64,000 bases of DNA from Octopus sinensis (lineage: Eukaryota), in contig NC_043006.1 of assembly GCF_006345805.1 (NCBI RefSeq), positions 42,470,001 through 42,534,000 on the forward strand, written 5' to 3'. The position numbers and the translations under genes were made by a program. The notes under the pieces were generated by a model. It did no database searches and was not told the DNA's origin. It saw only the letters and a list, made by a program, of their open reading frames with translations. Positions 37,542 to 46,905 of the stretch are shown piece by piece; position 1 is the first letter of the stretch; the number at the start of each line of letters is the position of its first letter.

Positions 37542-39257
37542 ATGAAATCGGTTGATATAGATACTAAAGATGGAATGAAGGTTATTGTGTTCGCGTTCGA
37601 TAGAGTTTGTTTTGAAACTATGGTATTCCCTCATACTGTCGGTCATGAGTGCATGGCTTTTGCTATCCACCAACTTGGAATAACAGATGCAAGATATTTT
37701 GGTTTCCGTCACGTCACTAATGACGTGAGAGTTGAATGGATTGATTTGAACAAGCCTTTGGGGACCCAACTCGACAAACATTGTAGTCAACATTGTTTTT
37801 ATTTTGGAGTGATGTACTATATATCGCGTGCTTATAACATTAAGGATGAGGCTGCCCTGTATCAGTATTTCAGGCAACTTCATGTTGATTATTTATATAG
37901 TCAGTATGATTGTTTACTTGAAAGGGCTATCAAACTGGCTTCGTTTTACCTTCGAGTGATTCTAGGTCCATACGATCCCAAAACGCATACTGTTACGACA
38001 GTGGGCCGCCACCTTCTTTTTCCTGCTAGCATACGGAGGGACGAGAAAATTGCTACAGCTGCTCAAGAAAAAGCTTTTCAGAATTACCAAACCCTTCATA
38101 TATCTTCTACAACTAGTATGGTTTTTTATATAATTGAATTCGAGTCTGCGACGTACTACGGCCTAGAGTGTCACCCTGCCATACTTTCCGAGAGTCGTGA
38201 GGCGGTGCATCTAATAACGTCCTACAACGGTATCATGGTGAAATATTTAAGGTCCCCTGATGCTTTTCTCCTCAAGTGGTCAGATATTGCCGCAGTCACA
38301 CGTTCTCAAAAGTCTAGTATAATTATCCAACAGTTATCTCGCTCCATACAACTAGAACTGGCTGATAAGAAGAGAGCAAAATATTTCTTCCAAATGGCTT
38401 TCCTTTTGATGCATTTTTATCAAGATAATCCAGAGTTCTGCGACAGATCGACAAAGGAACCTGCCAAGCCTGACGGCTACGAATCTTACTCGTTGCTGCT
38501 GTCAAGTTCTCAGTCGGAGACTCTGAGATCTGTTCTTCGTTACCAGCAGTCGCTGACTTCTATTCCTGATAACGTTCGATCGTCTCCCAAATCTCTTTAT
38601 GAAGCTACTGAAACTGCGCAATACCTCCTCGCTCAACCGTCACGTCCAGAACAAACTGCTCTAGGTGCAACAGAAGCAATTACTAGTCCATCGAAACCCT
38701 TAACGAGCGTCAGCGCTGCTGAGATACGTCTTGATGAAGAATTATTCCTGACTGGTTCCAAGGATATAAAATATGAAGCGAAGAAACTTAACAAAAGTAG
38801 TCAAACGCAATCTTTTTACATATCTATGATTAATGAACGATTCCAGAAGTATACCGAAACCAGTCCGATGCATTTACTTTCTCAAACTTTAAAAAATATT
38901 CTGCAGTATCTAGATGCAATAGAAAAGGCTGAAGGTGAAACCCAAGCGGATATTAAATCTAAACAAAGTACGGAAAAACATTTCTCCGATTCGCAACCAT
39001 TGAAAGAAAGTGGCATTCCTTATAGATATCCACCCAAATATCCATTTCCAAAAACCAAGTCGAAGGATACGGACATAGATCCTGCGAAACCTATTACCGT
39101 AGGGCAAATTTTGAAGAGAGTTCAAGACATTCAAGTACGAGATAAAAGCACTGAGTCCGTTTCACCCGCTAAATTGGAGAAAAGTAAGGAGTCGAAAGTT
39201 TCTGAAACTCAAACCATGTTGCCTAGTAGGAAGTACACATATCTGAACCACCGGTAA
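37542..39257 (+). CDS. Pez/PTPN14-like: FERM domain plus linker of a Pez/PTPN14/PTPN21-family tyrosine phosphatase (5' ORF, intronless)
   Basis: 571-aa ORF with Kozak-like GCCACAATG (37536-37544). N-terminal ~295 aa align by eye with the PTPN14/21 FERM domain (RYFGF, WIDLNKPL..QLDKH, FYFGVMYY, YQYFRQL, LFP, YYGLE, KWSDI, AKYF, HFYQDN). PPKY (PPxY) at 39030-39041. Confidence 0.9.
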   Translation: MKSVDIDTKDGMKVIVFAFDRVCFETMVFPHTVGHECMAFAIHQLGITDARYFGFRHVTNDVRVEWIDLNKPLGTQLDKHCSQHCFYFGVMYYISRAYNIKDEAALYQYFRQLHVDYLYSQYDCLLERAIKLASFYLRVILGPYDPKTHTVTTVGRHLLFPASIRRDEKIATAAQEKAFQNYQTLHISSTTSMVFYIIEFESATYYGLECHPAILSESREAVHLITSYNGIMVKYLRSPDAFLLKWSDIAAVTRSQKSSIIIQQLSRSIQLELADKKRAKYFFQMAFLLMHFYQDNPEFCDRSTKEPAKPDGYESYSLLLSSSQSETLRSVLRYQQSLTSIPDNVRSSPKSLYEATETAQYLLAQPSRPEQTALGATEAITSPSKPLTSVSAAEIRLDEELFLTGSKDIKYEAKKLNKSSQTQSFYISMINERFQKYTETSPMHLLSQTLKNILQYLDAIEKAEGETQADIKSKQSTEKHFSDSQPLKESGIPYRYPPKYPFPKTKSKDTDIDPAKPITVGQILKRVQDIQVRDKSTESVSPAKLEKSKESKVSETQTMLPSRKYTYLNHR

Positions 39258-40288
39258 CTGAGCCAACTTATCAAGCCCTCTCTAAATCGGAGTTGTTGGC
39301 CCTAGAAAGTTCTAAAGGAGCTGTACATAAGCATTCCAAGAAGCCATTTATTATGGTGGCTTCAGGTGCATTTAAAGACATTCGAAGTAGAGATAAATAT
39401 GAAAATCTGCAACGTAAATTAAATGAGGGCGAGGTTTTCACCGAGTTTCGCTCAACTGGCGTAAAAAGTCAAATGCCTTGTTCTGTTGGTTGTCATGTAG
39501 ATAACCTTTCTCGAAATCGCTATCAATCTATTGTACCTTATGACGAAAATCGTGTACAACTGTCTGGAAGACCTGACAATATGCTTGGTTATATAAATGC
39601 GTCTAGTATAAAATGGAGACGCGGTCTGCATAAATTGAGCTTCATTGCAGCTCAAGCGCCGCTAAAAAATACTGTCGAAGATTTTTGGCAAATGATTTGG
39701 GAACAAAAGGTTTCTATAATAATTATGCTGAATGCCAGGGATGACGAGGATAAACTTTTGTGTTGTCAGTACTGGCCTCAAGAATGGAATCTTGATCAAA
39801 AATTTCAGAGTGGACCGTTTACAGTTACTTTCCATACGTATAGGAGAACTCCCGAGTACTTTTTAGATGTTCTGACAATCACCAATGCTTCTGGTGAGCA
39901 ACAGCTAATAAGTAATCTTTATTTCACTCAATGGTCAGGAGATGACTGTCCGTGTGATTTATCAATTTTTGTCAGCATTTTGGAAGAGATTGACTCTGTA
40001 CAAAATCTTATGCGCACTAAAGATCCCGTCCAAGCTCCTATCGCTGTCCTGTGTCATGATGGAGTTGGTCGTACCGGTGTCCTAATAATGTCTTATATTA
40101 TGAAATATTGTCTAAAGCATGACATTGAAATGAATATATCACACTTGCTTGGCTTCCTCCGCTCCAATAGAATGTTTATGGTTACTTCACTAAAACAATA
40201 TATTTCCGTTCATGAAGCTTTGATTTATTTCCTGAAAGGCTTATTTGCTCCTTCAAAATCGTATCTCGTTGGTCCATTTAGGATCTAG
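39230..40288 (+). CDS. Pez/PTPN14-like: PTP domain of the same Pez/PTPN14/21-like gene (-1 frame relative to the 5' ORF; frame open from 39230)
   Basis: LQRKLNEGEVFTEF, NRYQSIVPYDENRVQL, GYINAS, FIAAQAPL..TVEDFWQMIWEQ, QYWP, VLCHDGVGRTGVLI (Cys at 40052), LRSNRMFMV..LKQY. These match the PTPN14/21 phosphatase domain. AATAAA follows at 40381. Confidence 0.9.
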   Translation, partial: EVHISEPPVTEPTYQALSKSELLALESSKGAVHKHSKKPFIMVASGAFKDIRSRDKYENLQRKLNEGEVFTEFRSTGVKSQMPCSVGCHVDNLSRNRYQSIVPYDENRVQLSGRPDNMLGYINASSIKWRRGLHKLSFIAAQAPLKNTVEDFWQMIWEQKVSIIIMLNARDDEDKLLCCQYWPQEWNLDQKFQSGPFTVTFHTYRRTPEYFLDVLTITNASGEQQLISNLYFTQWSGDDCPCDLSIFVSILEEIDSVQNLMRTKDPVQAPIAVLCHDGVGRTGVLIMSYIMKYCLKHDIEMNISHLLGFLRSNRMFMVTSLKQYISVHEALIYFLKGLFAPSKSYLVGPFRI

Positions 40289-41186
40289 TCTGAAATTAAA
40301 CGACTTTAATCGTATGGAATTTACATATTTTTCTTTTGGAACTACATTTTTCATGAGTACTTTCCTGTTAAAAAAGTTGCAATAAAGTGGAAAATTAAGA
40401 CGTCTCGTTAGACATTTTATTTTTAACTAACCTACGAGAAACCCTTTAATTTCACTAATTTCCTACGTGTAAATTATCAACTACATGAAGCTTCGAAGTT
40501 TGGCTAGAACACCAAGATAAATGTCGAGTGTGGAAATTAAAACAAAAAAAAAATGGCTGCCATATATTCACAATATTGTCTAATCAGCCTTTTAAAGCTT
40601 TAATTGGAAGAATTTGATGGCTGAACTGTTTAGTTGCAGCTGTAAACATTTTTTTTCTAGAAAACCTTTCCTCTAGAAGACTGAGAAATGGTTCACTACT
40701 CTCTATTTGGTAGCTTTGTCACTGATGTCTTTTTTATACTTCTATAAAATCCTCAAAGGTGTAATTCGAGGCATGCTTTTTTTTAGCCGCCAATTATCTC
40801 CCCATTCTCACCAGGCGTCGTTCTACATCAAATTTTCCTTATCCTTCTCTCCAACAACAAAATTAAAAATTTACAAATTCCGCTTTTGTTGTTGTTCTCC
40901 AGTCTAAGGACTTGAAAATATAGGATCTGCATCTTCATAAATTAACAGTCTACAAGGAATCTTTCAAGGAACTCTTAGCTCTGTAGCAACAGTGGCTAAA
41001 TCTCTCAAATCTGACCATACTGTGGTAATTGAGAAAGCGCATGTTGGAAAATTCCGTCCTGTAAATAGAAAATCCAGCTTGCAAACCTTTGTTATAGGCC
41101 TGCTGAATTGAGATTCGTCTGAATTAACGAATGTCGTAGCAAAGGAGAGAATAATGTTCTTTTCATTGTCCCTTTCTGTATGGTAA

Positions 41187-41400
41187 TTTAAAATCCTTTA
41201 GCATTTAAACCGGCCATATTAGGCTCCGATATTCTTTTATGTTCAAACTAGCCAGATTTGGCCTGTCACTCCTATCCTACATAGTCATTTTAAAAACAAT
41301 CACCTCCTCGAAATCTCTAAACTACAAGATAATGCATGAATAATTCAAAACCATGTGAATAAATATTACATCAAACAGTAATCTGAATTCTAGTGGGTTA
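41187..41400. mobile_element. piggyBac-like MITE (decayed)
   Basis: Ends resemble TTAA-CCCTTTAGCATT ... TCTAGTGGG-TTAA. Confidence 0.5.
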
Positions 41401-43299
41401 AACAAGTCCATACAGTTTTCTTTACACTCTATCGAATCTGCAACAGCCAAATTTAATCCCCCTCTCCCCCATAACAAATCCTCGTAAATGCTTCCAATTT
41501 TCATCTTAGGCTCTAAAATTCTCACACCAAATGCATTTTACAATTGACATCTTAATATTATTTGCATTTTATAGTTGGTATGCCCAGCTATAGTGAAATA
41601 ATTAAAACTAATCTCTCCCGTAGGATTTTAGTGTCGTGGTGTCATGAACGAAGTACTTAATTCTAAGAACCCTAAAAGAGATTAAAATGCAATAGATCGA
41701 TTCTAGGGTTATAATTATGGGTGACAATTTCATATGACACCGCTAGAAAAAACTGCCGTTCAAACCGAAAAGATCCTCGTTCGCCTTAAAACAAAAATCA
41801 ATGCCAATAATAAAAACACTACAGCTTATTTTGTTTGGGGAGTCATAGTGCCTTAGTATAACATTCACCGGTTCAAATTCCAATCATTTATCTTGTGTTA
41901 AATTTTTAAAGTGATTTTTTTTGTGTATTCCCATTCGTGTATCTGACCCCAAAATCGGATTGCATTTTCCCCTCTGTGTTGGCCCCTTGTGAACAATAAA
42001 AAATCAAGTGTCATATGAAGGCACTATGGCTCTCCCGCAAGCAACAAAATTTGTTTGAACACACGAATTCATATAAAGAATCTTGCAAACCAGATACAAA
42101 ATCTACAGCTGATAAATTACTCGTATAGAATAATTTACTCAATATTTTAGACGTAATTGTAATTTAAGCCATGAAAATAAACCTCGGACCAGTTGAGTGT
42201 GGCCCTCATTTACCTTAAAAATCGAACATGAAATTTGGTAGGCACTGTTGGGTAAGTCCTAGCGAGATTGAAACTATACCGCCAATTTTAAATATACTTC
42301 AAATTAATAATTCGAGACGTCAGCTTCGCTTTCGTAAGTTTGAATTTCACACTCTAGCAGAAAAGGGAAGCAACTGTAGTTATTAAGCTTCTGTGTGCGT
42401 TTTTAATGATAGTGTATTATATTATTGGCATGTCTCTCCGGCTATCTCGACAACTCAGCCAACGTAGCCTTGAAATATGTACCGAAAGAGATGCAAATTC
42501 AACGTTGTAAACAGGAGTAATGTAACTTTCGTTGGCTCACAGTGCTGAGTTATTAAATTTCTCTGATACAACTCCCAATAAATTTGTATCTCTCACCAAC
42601 TTTATCTAGAAATTAGAATAAGTGGCTACATATCACCTTATATCAGCAAATAGAAACAAATCTTTTTTTTTTTTCATTAAAAAAAAAAAAAACTTGTCGT
42701 ATACTTTTCCTTGCCACTTAATATAATCACTAATAATTTTTTTTATTAACAATCTTAGAATGTTAAAACCAATATTTCAGCGTTGACTTTGTAATCTGTT
42801 TAGTGTGCAATTTTTTTCATTAAAATTTTATTTTCATATAATTTTTAAGAATAAAACAATTTCGATGATTATGCAACACAGAGAACGGTCTTTCTGCCGT
42901 CGGCGGAGAAATTCTTGATAAATTTTTTAAAACTCATTTACAGAAACAATTTCCTTAAACCGTTTTGTTTCTCTTACATCAAATGCCATTATTACAGTGC
43001 GGAACGAAACTATTGGGTGCAGTTGTCTGGACGCTGACGTGTGGCACGGCTGACTGGACACTGTTTTAGCAACAGTACTATTTCGAGCTACACGTAAACG
43101 CAGTCACGCGATAGACATTATAATTTATCAACACGATTGACATACCCACTTTTCTCTCTTCTCTTGCACATAATGTGAAATATGTTCACACAGAAGGGGC
43201 TGTCAAATAGGTAGCACCAAAACTACTATGCTAAAATGTCTCGTACACATTCCAGTATTATGCTCTTCCATCTATGTATGTCAATATCTTACTGGCAGA

Positions 43300-43682
43300 G
43301 GGCGGCGAGCTGGCAGAATCGTTAACACGCCGGACAAAATGCTTAGCGGTATTTCGTCTGCCGTTACCTTCTGAGTTCAAATTCCGCCGAGGTCGACTTT
43401 GCCTTTCATCCTTTCGGGGTCGATTAAATAAGTACCAGTTACGCACTGGGGTCGATGTAATCGACTTAATCCGTTCGTCTGTCCTTGTTTGTCCTCTCTG
43501 TGTTTAGCTCCTTATGGGTAGTAAAGAAATAGGTATTTCGTCTGCCGTTACGTTCTGAGTTCAAATTCCGCCGAGATCGACTTTCGTGGTCGATAAATTA
43601 AGTACCAGTTGCATACTGGGTTCGAACTAATCGACTGGTCCCCTCCCCACAAATTTCGGGCCTTGTGTCTAGAGTAGAAACG
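43300..43682 (+). mobile_element. Dimeric family B SINE with 17-bp TSD, inserted in an older B head
   Basis: TSD AATATCTTACTGGCAGA at 43283-43299 and 43683-43699. Confidence 0.88.
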
Positions 43683-44451
43683 AATATCTTACTGGCAGAA
43701 TTGTTAGCACGCTGGACAAAAAATGCCTTGAAGCATTTCGTCTGCAGTTGCGTTCTGAGTTCAAATTCAGCCGAGGTCGACTTTGCCTTTCATCCCATCG
43801 GACTCCTACTAAAATTTGAAATCAATATTTTACTATTCATTATAGCCGAAATATCGAACAAATACATCTTCCAATGCTATTTCCAACTTGCGAAAGCTGC
43901 AATATATGGGGCTACACACAGAGGAGACAAACTGATTAAGTCGATTATATCGACGCCAGTGCGTAACTGGTACTTATTTAATCGACCCCGAAAGGATGAA
44001 AAGCAAAGTCGGCCTCGGCGGAATTTGAACTCAGAACGTAGCGGCTGACGAAATACTGCTAAGCATTTCGCCCGGCGTGCTAACGGTTCCGCCAGCTCGC
44101 CGCCATATATGGTTGCTATTTCTGCTTGAAACATATACTTTACCAAGTTCATACAACTTAATTGAAAGCATTAACGTCACAACACCCCATATTATCCTTT
44201 TAAGATATACGGTATTTTTACGTATTGTGTGTGTATAATGAGAAATTTGGAACTGATATAGTGAGTATTAAAATAAAATTCTATGATATGGTTGATGTAT
44301 ATTAGGATTTGATGAATTGCATGGGGACTTCTATCTCTAAATAACATACATTTCCTTATCGAGAATAATTCAATTTATTTGAATCCCTGTGACGCCGGAA
44401 TTTTTATTCCCTAATAAATAAAATTATATATATATATATATTATATATATA

Positions 44452-44496
<45 letters not shown>

Positions 44497-44885
44497 GTAT
44501 AAAAGCAAAAACACATTTTTGATTTTTCTAAGAAAATCTGTCATTTCACGATTACTAATCTATTATTTACGGTTTTGCAACTGCGGGATTTCAGGTTCAA
44601 TCTCACTGCACGGAACCTTTCAAATGTCGTCTACCTTATCTTCGGGCCGATCAGCGACTTATGCAGTGCCTAATATTTTGATAAACAAAACATTTTTCTT
44701 TTGTCCTTTGCGTGGTTCAGTCATTGAACCACGGCCATACTGGGGCAGTGCCTTGAAGTCGGCCGCATTACCTTTCTAAGTCTAGTAGTATTCTATATCC
44801 TTTTTTTCTGTCGAATCGATGACGTAATCCAGTCAACACCGGTTGTCAAGCTATAGTCACAACCCACGTACACACATGTATGCAT

Positions 44886-45130
44886 ATATATCACGTGACC
44901 GACCAGACTACCGGATGTTGTTATGCATGGCTGGTCACAATGCGCTTAGCGTCGTATTAGCTTTTGACTACGCCGTCGCAATGTTCACCCATTTACAGCT
45001 GGCTGGACTCGAGCAACATGAAATAAAGTGTATTGCTCAAGAACAAATCGTACTGCCCGGTCTGTGGTTCGAAACCTCGACTGCAGTATCGTGAGCGCAA
45101 CATCTCTAACCAGTAAGCCACGCACCTTCA
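44886..45130 (-). mobile_element. SINE with a D-type head but a different tail
   Basis: Head GAAGGTGCGTGGCTTACTGGTTAG and tail ...GCGCATTGTGACCAGC...GGTCGGTCACGTGATAT. The same tail occurs at ~47850-47915(+) and 58793-58916(-). Confidence 0.75.
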
Positions 45131-45649
45131 CTGTAGATGGATGTGTGGATAGATCTACACAAAGAGCTCTGTGTGCGTGTTTAATTTCAATTATAAATCG
45201 GGAACTATTTAAATTAGTTTCATATTTTACAAGATTCTTACGAAATAAACATTCAAATAGAGAACCCACTTTTTTCTATTTAGAAATACTGAGAACTTTA
45301 TCTGTCTATGATGGTCTTTGAACGCAAGATGATAAACATTAATTTCTGAACTGAATAATATTTTGGACACGTATCAATTGAAAAGTCAAAAGATGTCGAT
45401 AAAAGTCTGATAATTTGAAATCACTAGTAAAACTAGTATCTAACCAGTATCATTGCAAATCATATTTTGTTATCATTAAGTCTGTCACGTCATGAAGATT
45501 TGGTCTTAAGTTTCATTTGCATTATATATCCTATAGAAACTTTAACCCATTCTTTTCCTCAGTGCGTTTAACTCTTATCTGCTTCACAGCTATTGGCGCA
45601 GCTATGGCTGTGTTTATGATCTCTGTTAATTTTGTTTTCTTTTATATAC

Positions 45650-45882
45650 CTATTTCTTTATTGCCCACAAGGGGCTAAACATAGAGGAGACAAACAAGGA
45701 CAGACAAAGGTATTAAGTCGATTACATCGATCCCAGTGCGTAACTGGTACTTAATTTATCGACCCCGTAAGGATGGAAGACAAAGTCGACCTCGGCGGAA
45801 TTTGAACTCGGAACGTAACGGCAGACGAAATATCGCTAAGCATTTCGCCCGGCGTGCTAACGTTTCTGCCAGCTCGCCGCCT
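45650..45882 (-). mobile_element. SINE family B monomer (Deu/Nin-like core)
   Basis: GGCGGCGAGCTGGCAGAAACGTTAGC...GAGTTC(A/C)AATTCC...GAGGTCGACTTTG(C/T)C.TTCATCC. Flanking TTGTTTTCTTTT direct repeat. Similar copies at ~6420-6605, 9290-9890, 11020-11225, 16240-16950, 31932-32166, 32675-33080, 43905-44105, 46370-47600, 48960-49172. Confidence 0.88.
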
Positions 45883-45960
45883 TGTTTTCTTTTCTACACC
45901 AAGACGCTATGAGCGAAGGAGAAAACGCTAGGTTGCCCAGCCTTTCTAAACAGCAGCACT

Positions 45961-46262
45961 GAAGGCGCGTAGCTTAGAGGTTAGGGTATTCGACACACGA
46001 TCGTAAGGTCGTGAGCTCGATTTCCGGCAGTGTGTTATGCCCTTCAGCAAGACATTTCATTTCATGTTGCTTCAGTTCACTCAGCTGTAATTCAAAAGGA
46101 GCCAGCCTTGTCACATTCTGTGTTACGCTGAATCTCCCTGAGAACTACGTTAAGGATATGAGTGTCTGTGGAGTACTTAGTCACTTGCATGTTAATTTCA
46201 TGAGGAGGCTGTTCCGTTGATTGGATCAACTGTAACCCTCGTTGTCACAACGGATGGAGTAT
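45961..46262 (+). mobile_element. SINE family D (tRNA-like head, Meta-like CTT(G/C)AGCAAGACA box)
   Basis: GAAGGCGCGT(A/G)GCTTAG..GGTTAG head with tail ...GGATCAACTG..ACCCTCG. Copies at 48412-48709(-), 28090-28280 (3' half) and ~60040-60150. Confidence 0.82.
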
Positions 46263-46585
46263 CAATAAGCAACAACATTAGTGTAAGTGGGTAAAATCGT
46301 TTCAATCTCAAATTGAAACCGCATCGCAGCCTCGATTCCTGTACAGAATGTAAGTTAAACAAATAACTATTCTAACTTTGGACACAAGGTCAACAATTTT
46401 TGAGGTCACATCGATCCTAGTACTTGGCATGTAATGTTTTATCGACCCCCGAAAGGATGAAAGTCAAAGCTGACCTTGGTGGATTTGAACTCAGAATGTA
46501 AAGAACCGGAAGAAATCTTGCTAAGCATTTTATCCAGTATGATAATGATTCTGCCAATCCATCGCTTTATCTTTTCTACAATAGT

Positions 46586-46905
46586 GGAGGCGCAATGGCC
46601 CAGTGGTTAGGGCAGCGGACTTGCGATCGGAGGATCACAGTTTCGATTCCCACACCGAGCGTTGTGTGTGTTTATTGAGCGAAAACACCTAAAGCTACAC
46701 GAGGCTCCGGCAGTGGTGGTGGTTGCGACCCCTGTTGTACTCTTTCGCCTTAACTTTCTCTCACCCTTTCTTCCTGTTTCTAGGGTAACGCTGCGATGGA
46801 CTGGCGTCCTGTCCAGCTGGGGGGAACACATACGCCACAGAAACCGGGAAACCGGGCCTATGAGCCTGGCTAGGCTTGAAAAGGGCGCATAAATAAAATA
46901 AATAA
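46586..46905 (+). mobile_element. SINE family C (tRNA-like head, V-domain-like box)
   Basis: GGAGGCGCAATGGCCCAGTGGTTAG...GTTTCGATTCCC; CTGCGATGGACTGGCGTCC.GTCCAG. Other copies at 28308-28565(+), 47635-47915(+, different tail) and 53304-53590(-). Confidence 0.85.

Noticed and set aside
37455-37883. Antisense ORFs over the real genes (also 38910-39134, 39452-39655, 56565-56993)
   Set aside because: They are shadows of the + strand coding sequence.
39228-39257. Programmed -1 ribosomal frameshift in the phosphatase gene
   Set aside because: No slippery heptamer or evident downstream pseudoknot in the permitted interval; an indel error or intron is simpler.
40536-40554. ATTAAA plus an A-run as the poly(A) scar of the retrocopy
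   Set aside because: A-runs are ubiquitous here and no flanking TSD could be identified.
46586-46660. tRNA genes at SINE heads (also ~45961, 47635, 48640-48709, 53520-53590)
   Set aside because: A- and B-box-like motifs are present, but there is no complete acceptor stem and each runs directly into a SINE body.
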